DNA of 64,000 bases. Origin: an uncultured Pseudomonadales bacterium (GTDB lineage: Bacteria; Patescibacteriota; Microgenomatia; UBA1400; PJMF01). The stretch lies in assembly GCA_964607285.1 (NCBI GenBank), contig CAZSJW010000001.1:134716-198715 (forward strand), read 5' to 3'. The notes beneath the pieces are model-generated. The model saw only the letters and a list, made by a program, of their open reading frames with translations. It ran no database searches and was not told the DNA's origin. A program made the translations under genes and the position numbers. Position 1 is the first letter of the stretch. The number at the start of each line of letters is the position of its first letter. This document shows positions 1-9,044 of the stretch, piece by piece.

Positions 1-1231
1 GAAGACTTTTTCGCCATCTTGTTTTGAAAGTCTCAATCGGTAACAAATATTCTTAGCAATGCGTGAACCCACAACTTCGTGGTTGTAAAAGGTGGGTTTG
101 CCATTACCATACCGAACTGTTTCAGGCTTTCCAATATCGTGAATCAGTGTGGCTAGTCGAACAATTGGGTCAGGTGATGGGCATGCAGCTAAAGCATCGA
201 GGCTATGTGTCCAAACATCAGTGGTGTGGTGCCCACCTTGGAAAACAGATTTTCCTTGAAGCAGCTCTGGTAAAATATGATCCAATAGTCTAGCTTCATC
301 TAGTAGTTCTATAGCCCTTTTTGGTTGTGTGCTGCTGAGCATTTTCAAAAACTCATCTCGTACCCTTTCACCACTGACATGTGTTATGAGTTTTGATTGG
401 TCTATGATTGCTTGCCAGGTGGCTGGTTCGATGCTCATGTCCAGTTGTACGCTAAATCTGATTGCTCGCAGTAGTCTCAGTGCATCTTCTTCAAATCGCT
501 TATGTGGGTTGCCCACTGTGCGGATAATACCTGCTGCTAAATCAGGTAGTCCCCGTTCAGTGTCGTACAAAAATATATCCTGTTCAAGCTTGAGCGGATA
601 GAGGGGTGGTAAAGCGGTAGTTTGCGCTGCTGAAAAAATAGATGCTAGTGATTTCTGACTGATTCGCAGGGCAATCGCATTTATAGTAAAGTCTCTCCGC
701 TGTAGGTCTTCAGCAATAGTTGTTCCCCAAAGCATTGAACTAGGGGTTCGATGGTTATCGTACAGTTCTTTACTCCTATAGGTGGTTATTTCAAATTTTT
801 CATGTGTTGCTGGTTTGGTTGCTTGTCGAGCAGATGCGGTCAAGGAAGCATGAATTTTTGTAGCGGCCGCCAAGTCAATGAGTCGATTGGACACAGGGTA
901 AGTTTGTTCAGGAAATGATAGGATAGACCAATCCATCCCTGGTTGCTTATTGAGCTGCTCAGTTGTGATTGTAACTGTGCCAAAACTATTTTCATAGAAA
1001 CTTTCAGGGAAAATTGCTTGAATTTCTTCTGGTTTTGCGTTGGTGGCAAAATCATAATCCATGGTGGGAAAGGTGGGTTTCTGATCTTCAGACAGAAGTG
1101 AGAATCGGAGTGTATCACGCACGGCTCCACCTACGATAAACACTTCAAACCCTTCTTGTTGCAGCCTAAACACAATAAATAAACTTTCAGTACGGAGTGG
1201 TAAGAGTGTGCCAGATTGCATAGGTTTTACT
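1..1231 (-). CDS. cca: CCA-adding tRNA nucleotidyltransferase (class II NTase, poly(A) polymerase head domain). The 3' end is cut by the window start.
   Basis: The reverse-strand translation starts MQSGTLLPLRTESLFIVFRLQQEGFEVFIVGGAVRDTL at the ATG at 1229-1231, just after an in-frame TGA. It contains the hallmark GGAVRD motif, and further downstream DYDFATNA and RRDFTINA motifs. There is no stop inside the window, so it is absent from the ORF track. Confidence 0.85.
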
Positions 1232-1340
1232 CAGGTAAGTGTACCATAGTTTGCATTGTCCGATGGCGGTATTTATCACTGAGTACATGTAAAATTGGTT
1301 AGGTATAGGGTAAACTACGTAAAGTACAAAAAGGGACAGT

Positions 1341-2048
1341 ATGGCACCACAACACGCACAAAAAATTGGTAGCATAATTTTCTTACTCATTGGAGGCATC
1401 TTCGCAGTGATCGGTACTTTGTTTATGTATCAGTCAGTGCAGCTTGCAGTCACTGGCATCAAAACAACGGGAGAAGTACTGGAAGTCCTTCGTTCCAGGG
1501 ATAGTGACGGAGACACCTCTTACAAGCCAGTTGTGCGTTTTAAAACTAAAACCGGTGAAACCGTTACTTTTACGAGTAAAGTGTCATCGAGTTCATTTAA
1601 TTATTCTGCAGGAAAAACGGTCAATGTTGTGTACCCAGCAGCAGATCCAGATTCTGCTGCAATCGACTCTGCCTTTACTGTGTGGCTGTTTCCTGGCATA
1701 TTCATGGCTTTTGGGTATGGTTTTATGGGTATTGGTGGATATATGTTGTACCGAGACCGTGCGCGAAAGGCTATGATAGAACGACTAAAGGTTTCTGGAC
1801 AGCGGATTGACGCGCAGGTCACAGAGGTTGGACAAAACACAAGCTACAAAGTGAACGGCCGAAGTCCGTTCTGTATTTTTGCGCAAGCCGAAATCAATGG
1901 TGGAATCGAGATTTTTGAAAGTGACAACTTATGGTTTAATCCTGAGCAGTTTGTAAAAGTTGGGCAGACTGTGCAGGTTTTGTATGATCCGGCTAGTCCT
2001 AAGAATTACTACCTCGACACTTCGTTTTTACCTAAGTTGAATGGCTAG
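1341..2048 (+). CDS. DUF3592-family membrane protein: two transmembrane helices, each followed by a small beta-rich module.
   Basis: 235 aa ORF. An N-terminal TM helix is followed by TGEVLEV...KPVVRFKT..G..V.F.S.....VNVVYPAADP. A second TM helix is followed by a second module ending QTVQVLYDPASPKNYYLD. Confidence 0.55.
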   Translation: MAPQHAQKIGSIIFLLIGGIFAVIGTLFMYQSVQLAVTGIKTTGEVLEVLRSRDSDGDTSYKPVVRFKTKTGETVTFTSKVSSSSFNYSAGKTVNVVYPAADPDSAAIDSAFTVWLFPGIFMAFGYGFMGIGGYMLYRDRARKAMIERLKVSGQRIDAQVTEVGQNTSYKVNGRSPFCIFAQAEINGGIEIFESDNLWFNPEQFVKVGQTVQVLYDPASPKNYYLDTSFLPKLNG

Positions 2049-2069
2049 TGGACTGTATAATGGGATCCT

Positions 2070-3704
2070 ATGGTTTCGTGGCAACTACATTCAGATGTGA
2101 TTCCAGACTCAGTGGATGAGTTAGTGAAGGTGGTGCTGGCATCTCGTAATATCGAAAGTATATCTGAGTTTGTGCATCCACCCAGCCCACTAGACCTCAC
2201 CCCAAAGGCTGTTGGTATTTCCGAAAAACCTTTAGCAAAAGCCATCAGTCTAATCAAAAAAATCGGTGCAGCAGGTGGTGACATCTGTATAGTAGGCGAC
2301 TACGACGCAGATGGCATCTGTGCCACTGCCATTGCCTGGTCCGTGATGCACGTATTGGGGTACAAGGTTAGACCGTTTATTCCTAGTCGTGAGAAACATG
2401 GATATGGTCTAAATAGCAAAGTGCTAGCAGATGTTCTCGCTGACGGCAAGCCTGATCTTATTATTACCGTAGATAACGGAATTGTTGCACATGCGCCTGT
2501 CGCTGAGGTAAAGGCCTTGGGTATCAAAGTGATAGTGACAGACCACCATCAACCAGAGAATACTTTGCCAGAGGCAGATGCTATTGTGCATACAACAAAG
2601 CTCTGTGGTGCTACTGTGTCATGGATGTTGATGCAGGCACTAGCGCCTGAGTTGGTCGCACAGCAGCTTGAATTGGCAGGTATTGCCACAATAGCTGATC
2701 AGGTGCCTTTGGTTGGTGCCAATCGTCAGTTTGCGGTACATGGGGTGGCAGCGCTTCGCACTTCCCAGAGAGTGGGGTTACAGGCACTTTTTGAGCAAAT
2801 GGGCAGTGTCCAAGCAGAAGCGAATAGCCATACTGTTGGATATGGAATTGCCCCAAGAATTAACGCAATGGGTAGATTGGCGCATGGTATGGATGCGTTG
2901 CGATTGCTGTGTACTCGCAACAAACAGCGGGCATCCGAGTTGGCTCAGGTGTTAGGCAACACCAACACCAGTCGGCAGTCTCTAACTGAGGACTTGATGG
3001 ACAGTGCTCGCGTGCAGGCTAAAGCGCAGGCTGATCAGAGAATTTTGATTGTACTTTCTGCTGAGTTTCATGAAGGAGTTTTGGGATTGTTGGCAGGTAA
3101 ACTTACCGAGGAGTTCGGTAAGCCAACAGTTGCAATAAAAGTTGGCGAACATACTAGTAAAGGTTCAGCCAGAAGCATTTTGGGTATCAGTGTTGTAGAG
3201 TTACTACGGCTTGTTCGCTCGGAGCTTTTGGAAGTTGGTGGACATCCGATGGCAGCTGGATTCGGGTTGGAGAGTGGGAGGATGGTAGTATTTACGGAAA
3301 AATTGCATGCTCTTGCTTTGGAGAAAATATCAGTGGAACAGCTGGAGCCAAAGTTAGATATTGTTTGTGAGTTACCTCATTCGCTGCTGACACTGGAAGC
3401 CGCTAGTGCGATTGAAGCGCTGCAGCCATTTGGTCAGGGTAATCCCGAGCCAGTGTTTGCTATTAAGAATCTTAGGCTCATACATAGTAAAGTGATCGGG
3501 AAGGATGGACGCCATTTGAAGTTGCAGTTTGGGACTGATGATCCACTATATCCCAGTGTTGAGGCTGTGTGGTGGGGTGGGGCTGATGGTTGGAAATCTC
3601 AGTTAGGTGCGCAAATTCAGATTGCTGGATGTCTAGCAGTGGATAAGTGGAAACCAAATAGCCATAAAATTTCAATAGTCATTGCAGATGTGATAGCTAA
3701 CTAG
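2070..3704 (+). CDS. recJ: Single-stranded-DNA-specific exonuclease RecJ (DHH/DHHA1 phosphoesterase).
   Basis: 544 aa. It has the GDYDADG and VTDHHQP (DHH) motifs and C-terminal DHHA1/OB-like regions. Confidence 0.85.
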   Translation: MVSWQLHSDVIPDSVDELVKVVLASRNIESISEFVHPPSPLDLTPKAVGISEKPLAKAISLIKKIGAAGGDICIVGDYDADGICATAIAWSVMHVLGYKVRPFIPSREKHGYGLNSKVLADVLADGKPDLIITVDNGIVAHAPVAEVKALGIKVIVTDHHQPENTLPEADAIVHTTKLCGATVSWMLMQALAPELVAQQLELAGIATIADQVPLVGANRQFAVHGVAALRTSQRVGLQALFEQMGSVQAEANSHTVGYGIAPRINAMGRLAHGMDALRLLCTRNKQRASELAQVLGNTNTSRQSLTEDLMDSARVQAKAQADQRILIVLSAEFHEGVLGLLAGKLTEEFGKPTVAIKVGEHTSKGSARSILGISVVELLRLVRSELLEVGGHPMAAGFGLESGRMVVFTEKLHALALEKISVEQLEPKLDIVCELPHSLLTLEAASAIEALQPFGQGNPEPVFAIKNLRLIHSKVIGKDGRHLKLQFGTDDPLYPSVEAVWWGGADGWKSQLGAQIQIAGCLAVDKWKPNSHKISIVIADVIAN

Positions 3705-3742
3705 TCAGTTAACTGAAATGCTAGATAAATGGGAAGTCTAAT

Positions 3743-4975
3743 TTAGTTTTCAACTTCAGATAACGAAGAAATTCTAGGCATGATTCTACATTTAGGTTTA
3801 AAAACTTCGCTTCTTCTGCCAGTGTAGCTTGCATTACGCTCTTTGGAGAATGCAGAAATATACTTCTGTACCATCTCATCTTCCTCAATGAGGGCAAAAA
3901 TTCTTTGGAAGGGTAAAACTTCATCACCAGCAACTGTATACCTATCTGAGGACAAGTTGTATATTTTTGACAAAGCTATAATAACCTCAACAATCTTTTT
4001 TTCATCACCAGTAATCTCTTCACCTTCAGCAAACATTCCTTTTAATTTGGTTATAAGTCTGTACAACAGCTTGCTACTCTCAAAAGCGAGACGTTTCCTA
4101 GCTAAAGGGTCTTTTTTTATGTCATCTGGCATGCAGTTGCTCAGAATAGAAACGATATACTCATCAAGTTCATATCCTTCTTGATATGCAATATCGAAAC
4201 CCTCAAAAAGAGCAATTATGTATGTAAGTTCGTCTGTAAACTGAAACTCAATACTTCCAGATAAGAGTTTCCATGCCACATTTTTTTCTGCTGTCGATAG
4301 CAAACGACTTACATTTCGTGCCCAATCATCCCGATTATGAAATCGTTTTCTCAGTTCATATAGATCTATAAAATACCTTGTCTTAAACTCTCTGCACAAT
4401 ACATGCAACTTGGTTATTGCTTCAAAGTCATTAGTGTTCTCTTCACCTAACCAATGAACAGAGTTGAAATTCACTTCTTTAAAGTGCTCTAGCATCTTCT
4501 GTGATTTCAAAACTCTCCTGCGATGAAATTTTCTTGTAAACCAGTTTGAGCCAGCTAAATTAAGCTCATGCTTCATTAGGTTTTCAATTAATGTTGTATG
4601 TTGAGATAAAGTTTCAAGTGAAAACTTTTCGGACTTGAAAGGGTGTCGTTGTTCTGTGTGCTCTGACTGATTAGAAGTGTCACGCGATGTATCAATATTT
4701 TCTGTGTCGTCATAATCTGAAGCTGCAGCACTTGTGGCTTTAATTTCTGGAGCAGTTGGAGATAGGTTCATAAATAGCGTTTTACCTAGGGCAAGTGAGT
4801 CAATTAGATTTAAGAGGGATATAGCACTATCAAATGTGCTGGGCCTTTTTCCTAAATATGGGTGTGGAACGGTACCGTCTCCTGTAAGTGTTCTGCGAAC
4901 TGTAGAAATGAACACAGACCAACTTGAGCGTAAATCAACTGTCTCTGCGAAAATATCATCAAACATTGTTTGCAT
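3743..4975 (-). CDS. Hypothetical protein. This is the 410-aa ATG-initiated part of a longer reading frame that continues upstream to about 5475 but is interrupted there.
   Basis: Long intact ORF of mostly alpha-helical character with no motif I can assign. The same frame stays open upstream to an in-frame TGA at 5142-5144. Confidence 0.5.
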   Translation of the reverse strand: MQTMFDDIFAETVDLRSSWSVFISTVRRTLTGDGTVPHPYLGKRPSTFDSAISLLNLIDSLALGKTLFMNLSPTAPEIKATSAAASDYDDTENIDTSRDTSNQSEHTEQRHPFKSEKFSLETLSQHTTLIENLMKHELNLAGSNWFTRKFHRRRVLKSQKMLEHFKEVNFNSVHWLGEENTNDFEAITKLHVLCREFKTRYFIDLYELRKRFHNRDDWARNVSRLLSTAEKNVAWKLLSGSIEFQFTDELTYIIALFEGFDIAYQEGYELDEYIVSILSNCMPDDIKKDPLARKRLAFESSKLLYRLITKLKGMFAEGEEITGDEKKIVEVIIALSKIYNLSSDRYTVAGDEVLPFQRIFALIEEDEMVQKYISAFSKERNASYTGRRSEVFKPKCRIMPRISSLSEVEN

Positions 4976-5475
4976 TATTTTTAGAAACGTGGCTTCATAC
5001 CACTTTGTAGCGTTGATGCCATCTACATCTGTAAACTGGAAAGTATACTCACCAAACTTTACGACAATGTGATGTGGGACTACTCGATTATCTTCGAGGT
5101 GTGAATGGCTGGCTTTTTGTAATAAGTCATATCAGGTAGCTTGAGAGAGCAGTGCTCCGGCAAACTGAATTGCTGAACCAAGATTTATTAGTTCTCCCGT
5201 TTCTTGACCACTAACTATTTCCCGAAAAAACAACTGAAACCCCTGATCTGGGTTTGTTTGATCTTCAATTACAGCAAAGTTTTGTGTACCGACTCCACTA
5301 AAAAAATGTTTTTCATCAGCCTTATCGTTTTCGATTGCTCAAGTTCACCCAATGAATCATCATGCTGTGCTAATCTATCAAAACGTTTTGTTTGATCCGA
5401 CTTTGTTGTAGGTTCTCTAAACGATACATGGCTATTCTGTGCATTGAGTGCTGCCTCATTCAGTGTTGAGTGCAT
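4976..5475 (-). pseudogene. Disrupted 5' portion of the 3743-4975 gene. It carries a frameshift at an A7/T5 homopolymer near 5300-5314 and an in-frame TGA at 5142-5144.
   Basis: The 5475-5269 frame (MHSTLNEAAL...KNIF) reads coherently into a second frame at the poly-A run (..FSGVGTQNFAVIEDQTNPDQGFQLFFREIVSGQETGELINLGSAIQFAGALLSQAT). After a TGA it continues YDLLQKASHSHLEDNRVVPHHIVVKFGEYTFQFTDVDGINATKWYEATFLKIMQTMF, which is the 410-aa ORF. Confidence 0.4.
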
Positions 5476-5589
5476 AGTTGAAAATTGGCATCAATTTTTC
5501 TTAAAAAAAATATTTGTTGGTAAGTAACAATATACAATATTTTCACAAGTCGTGTGTACATTAAAAACTGTAGTACAATACTAGTATCA

Positions 5590-5820
5590 ACCCCACAGCT
5601 TGCCGACACCAAGCAATGTGTAGCGATGCACAGGGTTGTGTGCAAAGTATCTGCCTGAGGTAGACAAAAGCACACCGGGTAAGCCCGTAACCGCTGGAAT
5701 CAAGCCCCGCTTTGGCGGGGGCGAAAGAGGTGGCACCGCCGCTCCAAGTTATACTAAACTGGAAGGCCCTCTTGTGTATCAGTTACTGGTATGCAAGAGG
5801 GTTTTTCTTGTATATCAACA
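5590..5820 (+). promoter_or_regulatory. T-box riboswitch leader for aspS. A likely GAC (Asp) specifier is present, and the element ends in an intrinsic terminator.
   Basis: GAGGTGGCACCGCCG at 5737-5751 matches the T-box consensus AGGGUGGNACCGCG, with UGGC able to pair with NCCA and a G discriminator. Upstream, ...GGTAGACAAAAG... fits an Asp-codon specifier loop. Downstream there is a hairpin, CCCTCTTG (5767-5774) paired with CAAGAGGG (5804-5811), followed by TTTTTCTTG. Confidence 0.6.
5767..5820 (+). terminator. Rho-independent terminator hairpin plus T-tract. This is the terminator arm of the aspS T-box.
   Basis: An 8-bp GC-rich stem, ccctcttg...caagaggg, is followed by tttttcttg immediately upstream of the aspS ATG. 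Confidence 0.6.
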
Positions 5821-5833
5821 CCCGAAAGGCGCT

Positions 5834-7258
5834 ATGCAAACCGCATGCACCACACAAGAAGTACAGAGAACTATGGTTGTCAATTCCTTGGATCATGTTG
5901 GCGAGTCGATCAGGCTTGACGGCTGGGTTGGGAGTAAGCGCGACCATGGCAAGCTCACCTTTATTGATCTGCGCGATCGTACGGGTTCTGTACAATGCGT
6001 TGGGTTTCAGAAAATGGGAGAGCTCACTCCAGAGTCAGTTATCTCAATAGTAGGCAAAGTTAAACAACGCCCAGAGCGGATGGTGAATAAGGAGTCACTC
6101 ACGGGAACAGTCGAAGTAGACGTGGAAAGTTACACGGTACTCAATAAATCACGCGAATTACCAATCCCAATTGATGGTGATGGCTACGAAATCAACGAGG
6201 AGTCACGATTGCGGTATCGCTATCTTGACTTGCGTCGCGAGCGAATGCGCAATATTTTTAACCTGCGTTCCAAGTTTATCCAAGCGCTCAGAGTTGAGTT
6301 GTTTAAGGACGATTTTGTAGAAATCGAGACACCACTTTTGACTAAATCAACCAAAGAAGGTGCTCGGGACTTTATTGTACCTTCCCGCTTCAATCCCGGG
6401 AAGTTTTATGCGCTTCCACAGAGTCCACAACAGTACAAACAACTGCTTATGACCGCTGGTATGGAGCGTTACTTCCAGGTTGCCAAGTGTATTCGAGATG
6501 AGGACTTGCGTGCAGACCGTGGGTTTGAGTTTACCCAGTTGGACGTAGAGATGAGTTTTGTGACACAACAAGATGTGATGCAAACTATCGAGAGGACCGT
6601 AAAATCAGCTGTCAAAGCAGTTGGAGGCAAGTTGCAGCAGGAAGAGTTTCCTGTGTACACGTATGAAGAGGCCATTAAACAGTTCGGCGCCGATAAATTT
6701 GATTTACGGACAGATTCGGAGAAAAAAGAGGGTGTGCTAGCCTTTGCTTGGGTTGTTCGCTTCCCTTTCTTCAAAAAAGTTGACGTCAAAGACGCGGCTG
6801 AGGTAGAAGATGGCAAGAGTGGCTGGACGTTCACGCACAACCCATTCAGCGCACCACTGGAAGAACATCTGCAGTGGCACTTAGCTGGAGAACACCAAGG
6901 CGAAATTTTGACCAGTCAATATGATTTGGTCTGCAATGGCTTTGAGGCGGGCGGTGGCAGCATTAGAGCCCACAACCCCGAAGTGCTGAAAGCAACTTTC
7001 AAAATCATGGGTTACTCCGATGAGCAGATCCAAGAAAATGTCGGGCATATGCTCGAGGCATTTGAGGTTGGCACACCACCACATGGTGGCATTGCGTTGG
7101 GGTTGGATCGTTTGGTGATGCTGTTGGCTGGTGAAGAGTCACTGCGCGAAGTGATTGCATTTCCAATGTCGTCTAGTGGTCGGACTGCAGTGATGGATGC
7201 TCCGAGTGCGATTGGTCCGGCGTTGTTGAAGGAGTTGCGGCTATCTGTGACTAAGTGA
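5834..7258 (+). CDS. aspS: Aspartyl-tRNA synthetase.
   Basis: Motifs FIDLRDRTG, QSPQQYKQLLM, FQVAKCIRDEDLRADRGFEFTQLD and the class II motif 3 [14 protein letters not shown] are all present. The start is set at the ATG at 5834 (MQTACTTQEV...), downstream of the leader; the track's 5636 start lies inside the T-box. Confidence 0.9.
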   Translation: MQTACTTQEVQRTMVVNSLDHVGESIRLDGWVGSKRDHGKLTFIDLRDRTGSVQCVGFQKMGELTPESVISIVGKVKQRPERMVNKESLTGTVEVDVESYTVLNKSRELPIPIDGDGYEINEESRLRYRYLDLRRERMRNIFNLRSKFIQALRVELFKDDFVEIETPLLTKSTKEGARDFIVPSRFNPGKFYALPQSPQQYKQLLMTAGMERYFQVAKCIRDEDLRADRGFEFTQLDVEMSFVTQQDVMQTIERTVKSAVKAVGGKLQQEEFPVYTYEEAIKQFGADKFDLRTDSEKKEGVLAFAWVVRFPFFKKVDVKDAAEVEDGKSGWTFTHNPFSAPLEEHLQWHLAGEHQGEILTSQYDLVCNGFEAGGGSIRAHNPEVLKATFKIMGYSDEQIQENVGHMLEAFEVGTPPHGGIALGLDRLVMLLAGEESLREVIAFPMSSSGRTAVMDAPSAIGPALLKELRLSVTK

Positions 7259-7339
7259 TGAGAGTATTATGACAACTTGACTAGAGATATGATCCTGATC
7301 ATACTCCTGTGAGGACATGCTTATTTTGTATGATAGCTT

Positions 7340-8395
7340 ATGGTCCATGAGAGAAAACTAAAACTCGAGCAACAACCCACGATTCAACTAATGGAGGAGC
7401 ATGAAACCGCATTGAGCTTAGTGTTCTCTTCGCTAAATGGTTTAGTACGGCAACTATCAAATTACTCGCAATTAAGTACGCGACAGTACGACGAGTACGT
7501 TGTCCAAGTTGATTTAGATCAGCAGATAAAAGCATTTGAAGAACATAGAGCTAGCTTTGGCTAGTAGATCACTTACAATTCATGACACGCTGCGATTCGC
7601 ACAAATGCGAAATAATTCGGCACGCCTCGATGCCATGAGAAATGAGTGCAACGACTCTATCGACAAGATGTATGTGCAAACTCAAAGACACATTTTGGAT
7701 GGGTTTAAATATGTTAGCAAGGCGAATGCCGCATCTGTACGGACAATAGAGTCCAAGCTCAGTGTATTGAAAACTGCAACTACAGTGGGGGAAGTTCTTG
7801 CAGTCGATGTATTAATCAGCAGGTCGTAGAATATAAGCATGAATTGCCATTCAGACACGTAGTGAGTAATTGGGTCTCTCCTATTCTAAAAGGAATCCAA
7901 AGCATTTTGATAGAGCATTACTCTTTAACTGCTGTGATATCTAATGCGGTTTTTTCATCCGAGACGAATAGTGAACTAGTAGGTGTGTTGGAATCACAGG
8001 TGATTGTGCCAGATGATGCGAGCTTGCAGCAGGGTATGCCATTTCTTGATACCAAAGAAATGTTTCGTAGACTGGGACCTGCATTTTTGCAGATAAAGGA
8101 GGAGGTTGTTGCAGAAGTTTTAGAGGCACAAGTTATTCTCAAAAGAATGCATTCTGCTGATGCATCTGATGATGTTTTGCCAATGATCTTATTGCTTACA
8201 CAAAAATTTAAAATTCAAGAGACAGCATTTAAAAACTATGTTAACGCTTTACCGCCACATGAGTTGCTTTTTAAGGTGCCTAGAATTGAGCTGTTTGGGA
8301 ACCGAAAAGACGATTCATTTGGTATGCTGTATGAGAAATTTGTTTCCATTCCTAGAAAAGTGAAGCTTGAGCATAAGTATAGTACGAAGCTTTGA
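7340..8395 (+). pseudogene. Decayed paralog (X') of the intact 409-aa gene at 15737-16966. It is split into three ORFs by a frameshift and an internal deletion with premature stop.
   Basis: ORFs 7340-7564, 7536-7829 and 7844-8395 align in order to the N-terminal, middle and C-terminal parts of the 15737 protein. Examples are LSTRQYDEY vs LSTRQYDEF and LPFRHVVSNWV..KFKIQETAFKNYVN..IELFGNRKDD vs LPFRHLMSDWV..KFKIQETAFKNYVN..IELFGNRKDD. The segment ...TELERLGWEFPGAVV... of the intact copy is missing. Confidence 0.65.
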
Positions 8396-8478
8396 AAGTA
8401 TTACTAGTTAAGCCTATTGCGCAACAAAGTTGTATGCAGTACGCTCACATATAACACTTATGCGAATGAGGGGGACAT

Positions 8479-9009
8479 ATGGGGGGCGAAGGACTAACTG
8501 CTAGTTATCAATTTGTTTGGCAACACCTAAAGCAAGGCATCATGAATGAGTTAGTGAAATATAGGATTCCACATACTGATTTATTATATGATCTTGGGCA
8601 TAAAGGAAGATCTTTTGATGATTTTAAGATAGATGCAGATTTCTTTGAGGGACAAGAAGAGATAGCATTAGATGCTTTTTTTGATTCGCAAGCTAGTAAG
8701 ATTGAAGACTATGTCGTCAATCGATCAAAGGAGTGGGAGCAAATTGGGATAGACAAGCTGCTCAAACTTGCCTCAAATGATCCAGATAAGGATTCCAAAA
8801 GCTACGTAGCAATGAGCGAACTACTAATAAATGAGTATCAAAAAAAAGAAATATCTGGTAGTCAAAAAATTTCACTCCCACCTTCAGACATACTAAGCAA
8901 GCTGTTTATGTTTGCAGAGTTAACAGCGCAGCTTAGATTTACCGCATCAGCTCACCGAGAGTATAAATTGAGCGAAAAAATTAATTTTAAGAAGTTTGAT
9001 GAAGTGTAA
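8479..9009 (+). CDS. Hypothetical protein (ORFan). First gene of the AT-rich island.
   Basis: 176-aa ORF preceded by a GAGGGGGA RBS-like sequence. No recognisable motif. Confidence 0.45.
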   Translation: MGGEGLTASYQFVWQHLKQGIMNELVKYRIPHTDLLYDLGHKGRSFDDFKIDADFFEGQEEIALDAFFDSQASKIEDYVVNRSKEWEQIGIDKLLKLASNDPDKDSKSYVAMSELLINEYQKKEISGSQKISLPPSDILSKLFMFAELTAQLRFTASAHREYKLSEKINFKKFDEV

Positions 9010-9044
9010 TGAACTCATAAACATCAAAAGCAAGAAATGAACAT

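Noticed and set aside
63-601. Plus-strand ORFs 63-293 and 329-601, and the minus-strand ORF 840-1130 from the track.
   Set aside because: They lie antisense to, or out of frame with, the well-supported CCA-adding enzyme gene, which carries the GGAVRD and RRDFTINA motifs in another frame. They are spurious.
1444-1840. ORFs 1444-1776 (+) and 1601-1840 (-), which overlap the DUF3592 gene.
   Set aside because: They sit in alternative frames inside a gene whose two-module repeat structure supports the 1341-2048 frame. No independent signals support them.
5142-5144. In-frame TGA inside an otherwise continuous reading frame. It raised the possibility of a TGA-recoded genetic code (code 25/4).
   Set aside because: TGA is used as the terminator of many clearly complete genes in the window (aspS, ugd, dnaX zero frame and others). 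Long genes such as recJ, aspS, typA and gltX contain no internal TGA. So this is the standard code, and the site is a pseudogene lesion or an error.
5514-5579. Possible sigma-70 promoter (TTGTTG ... TACAAT) upstream of the T-box leader.
   Set aside because: Hexamer spacing, at 13 or 26 nt, does not fit a canonical promoter. AT-rich hexamers are frequent in this genome, so there is not enough support to call it.
5712-6050. Track ORF 5712-6050 (+) and the N-terminal extension of the 5636 ORF.
   Set aside because: Both fall within the structured T-box leader and terminator. The AspRS-conserved N-terminus begins at the ATG at 5834.
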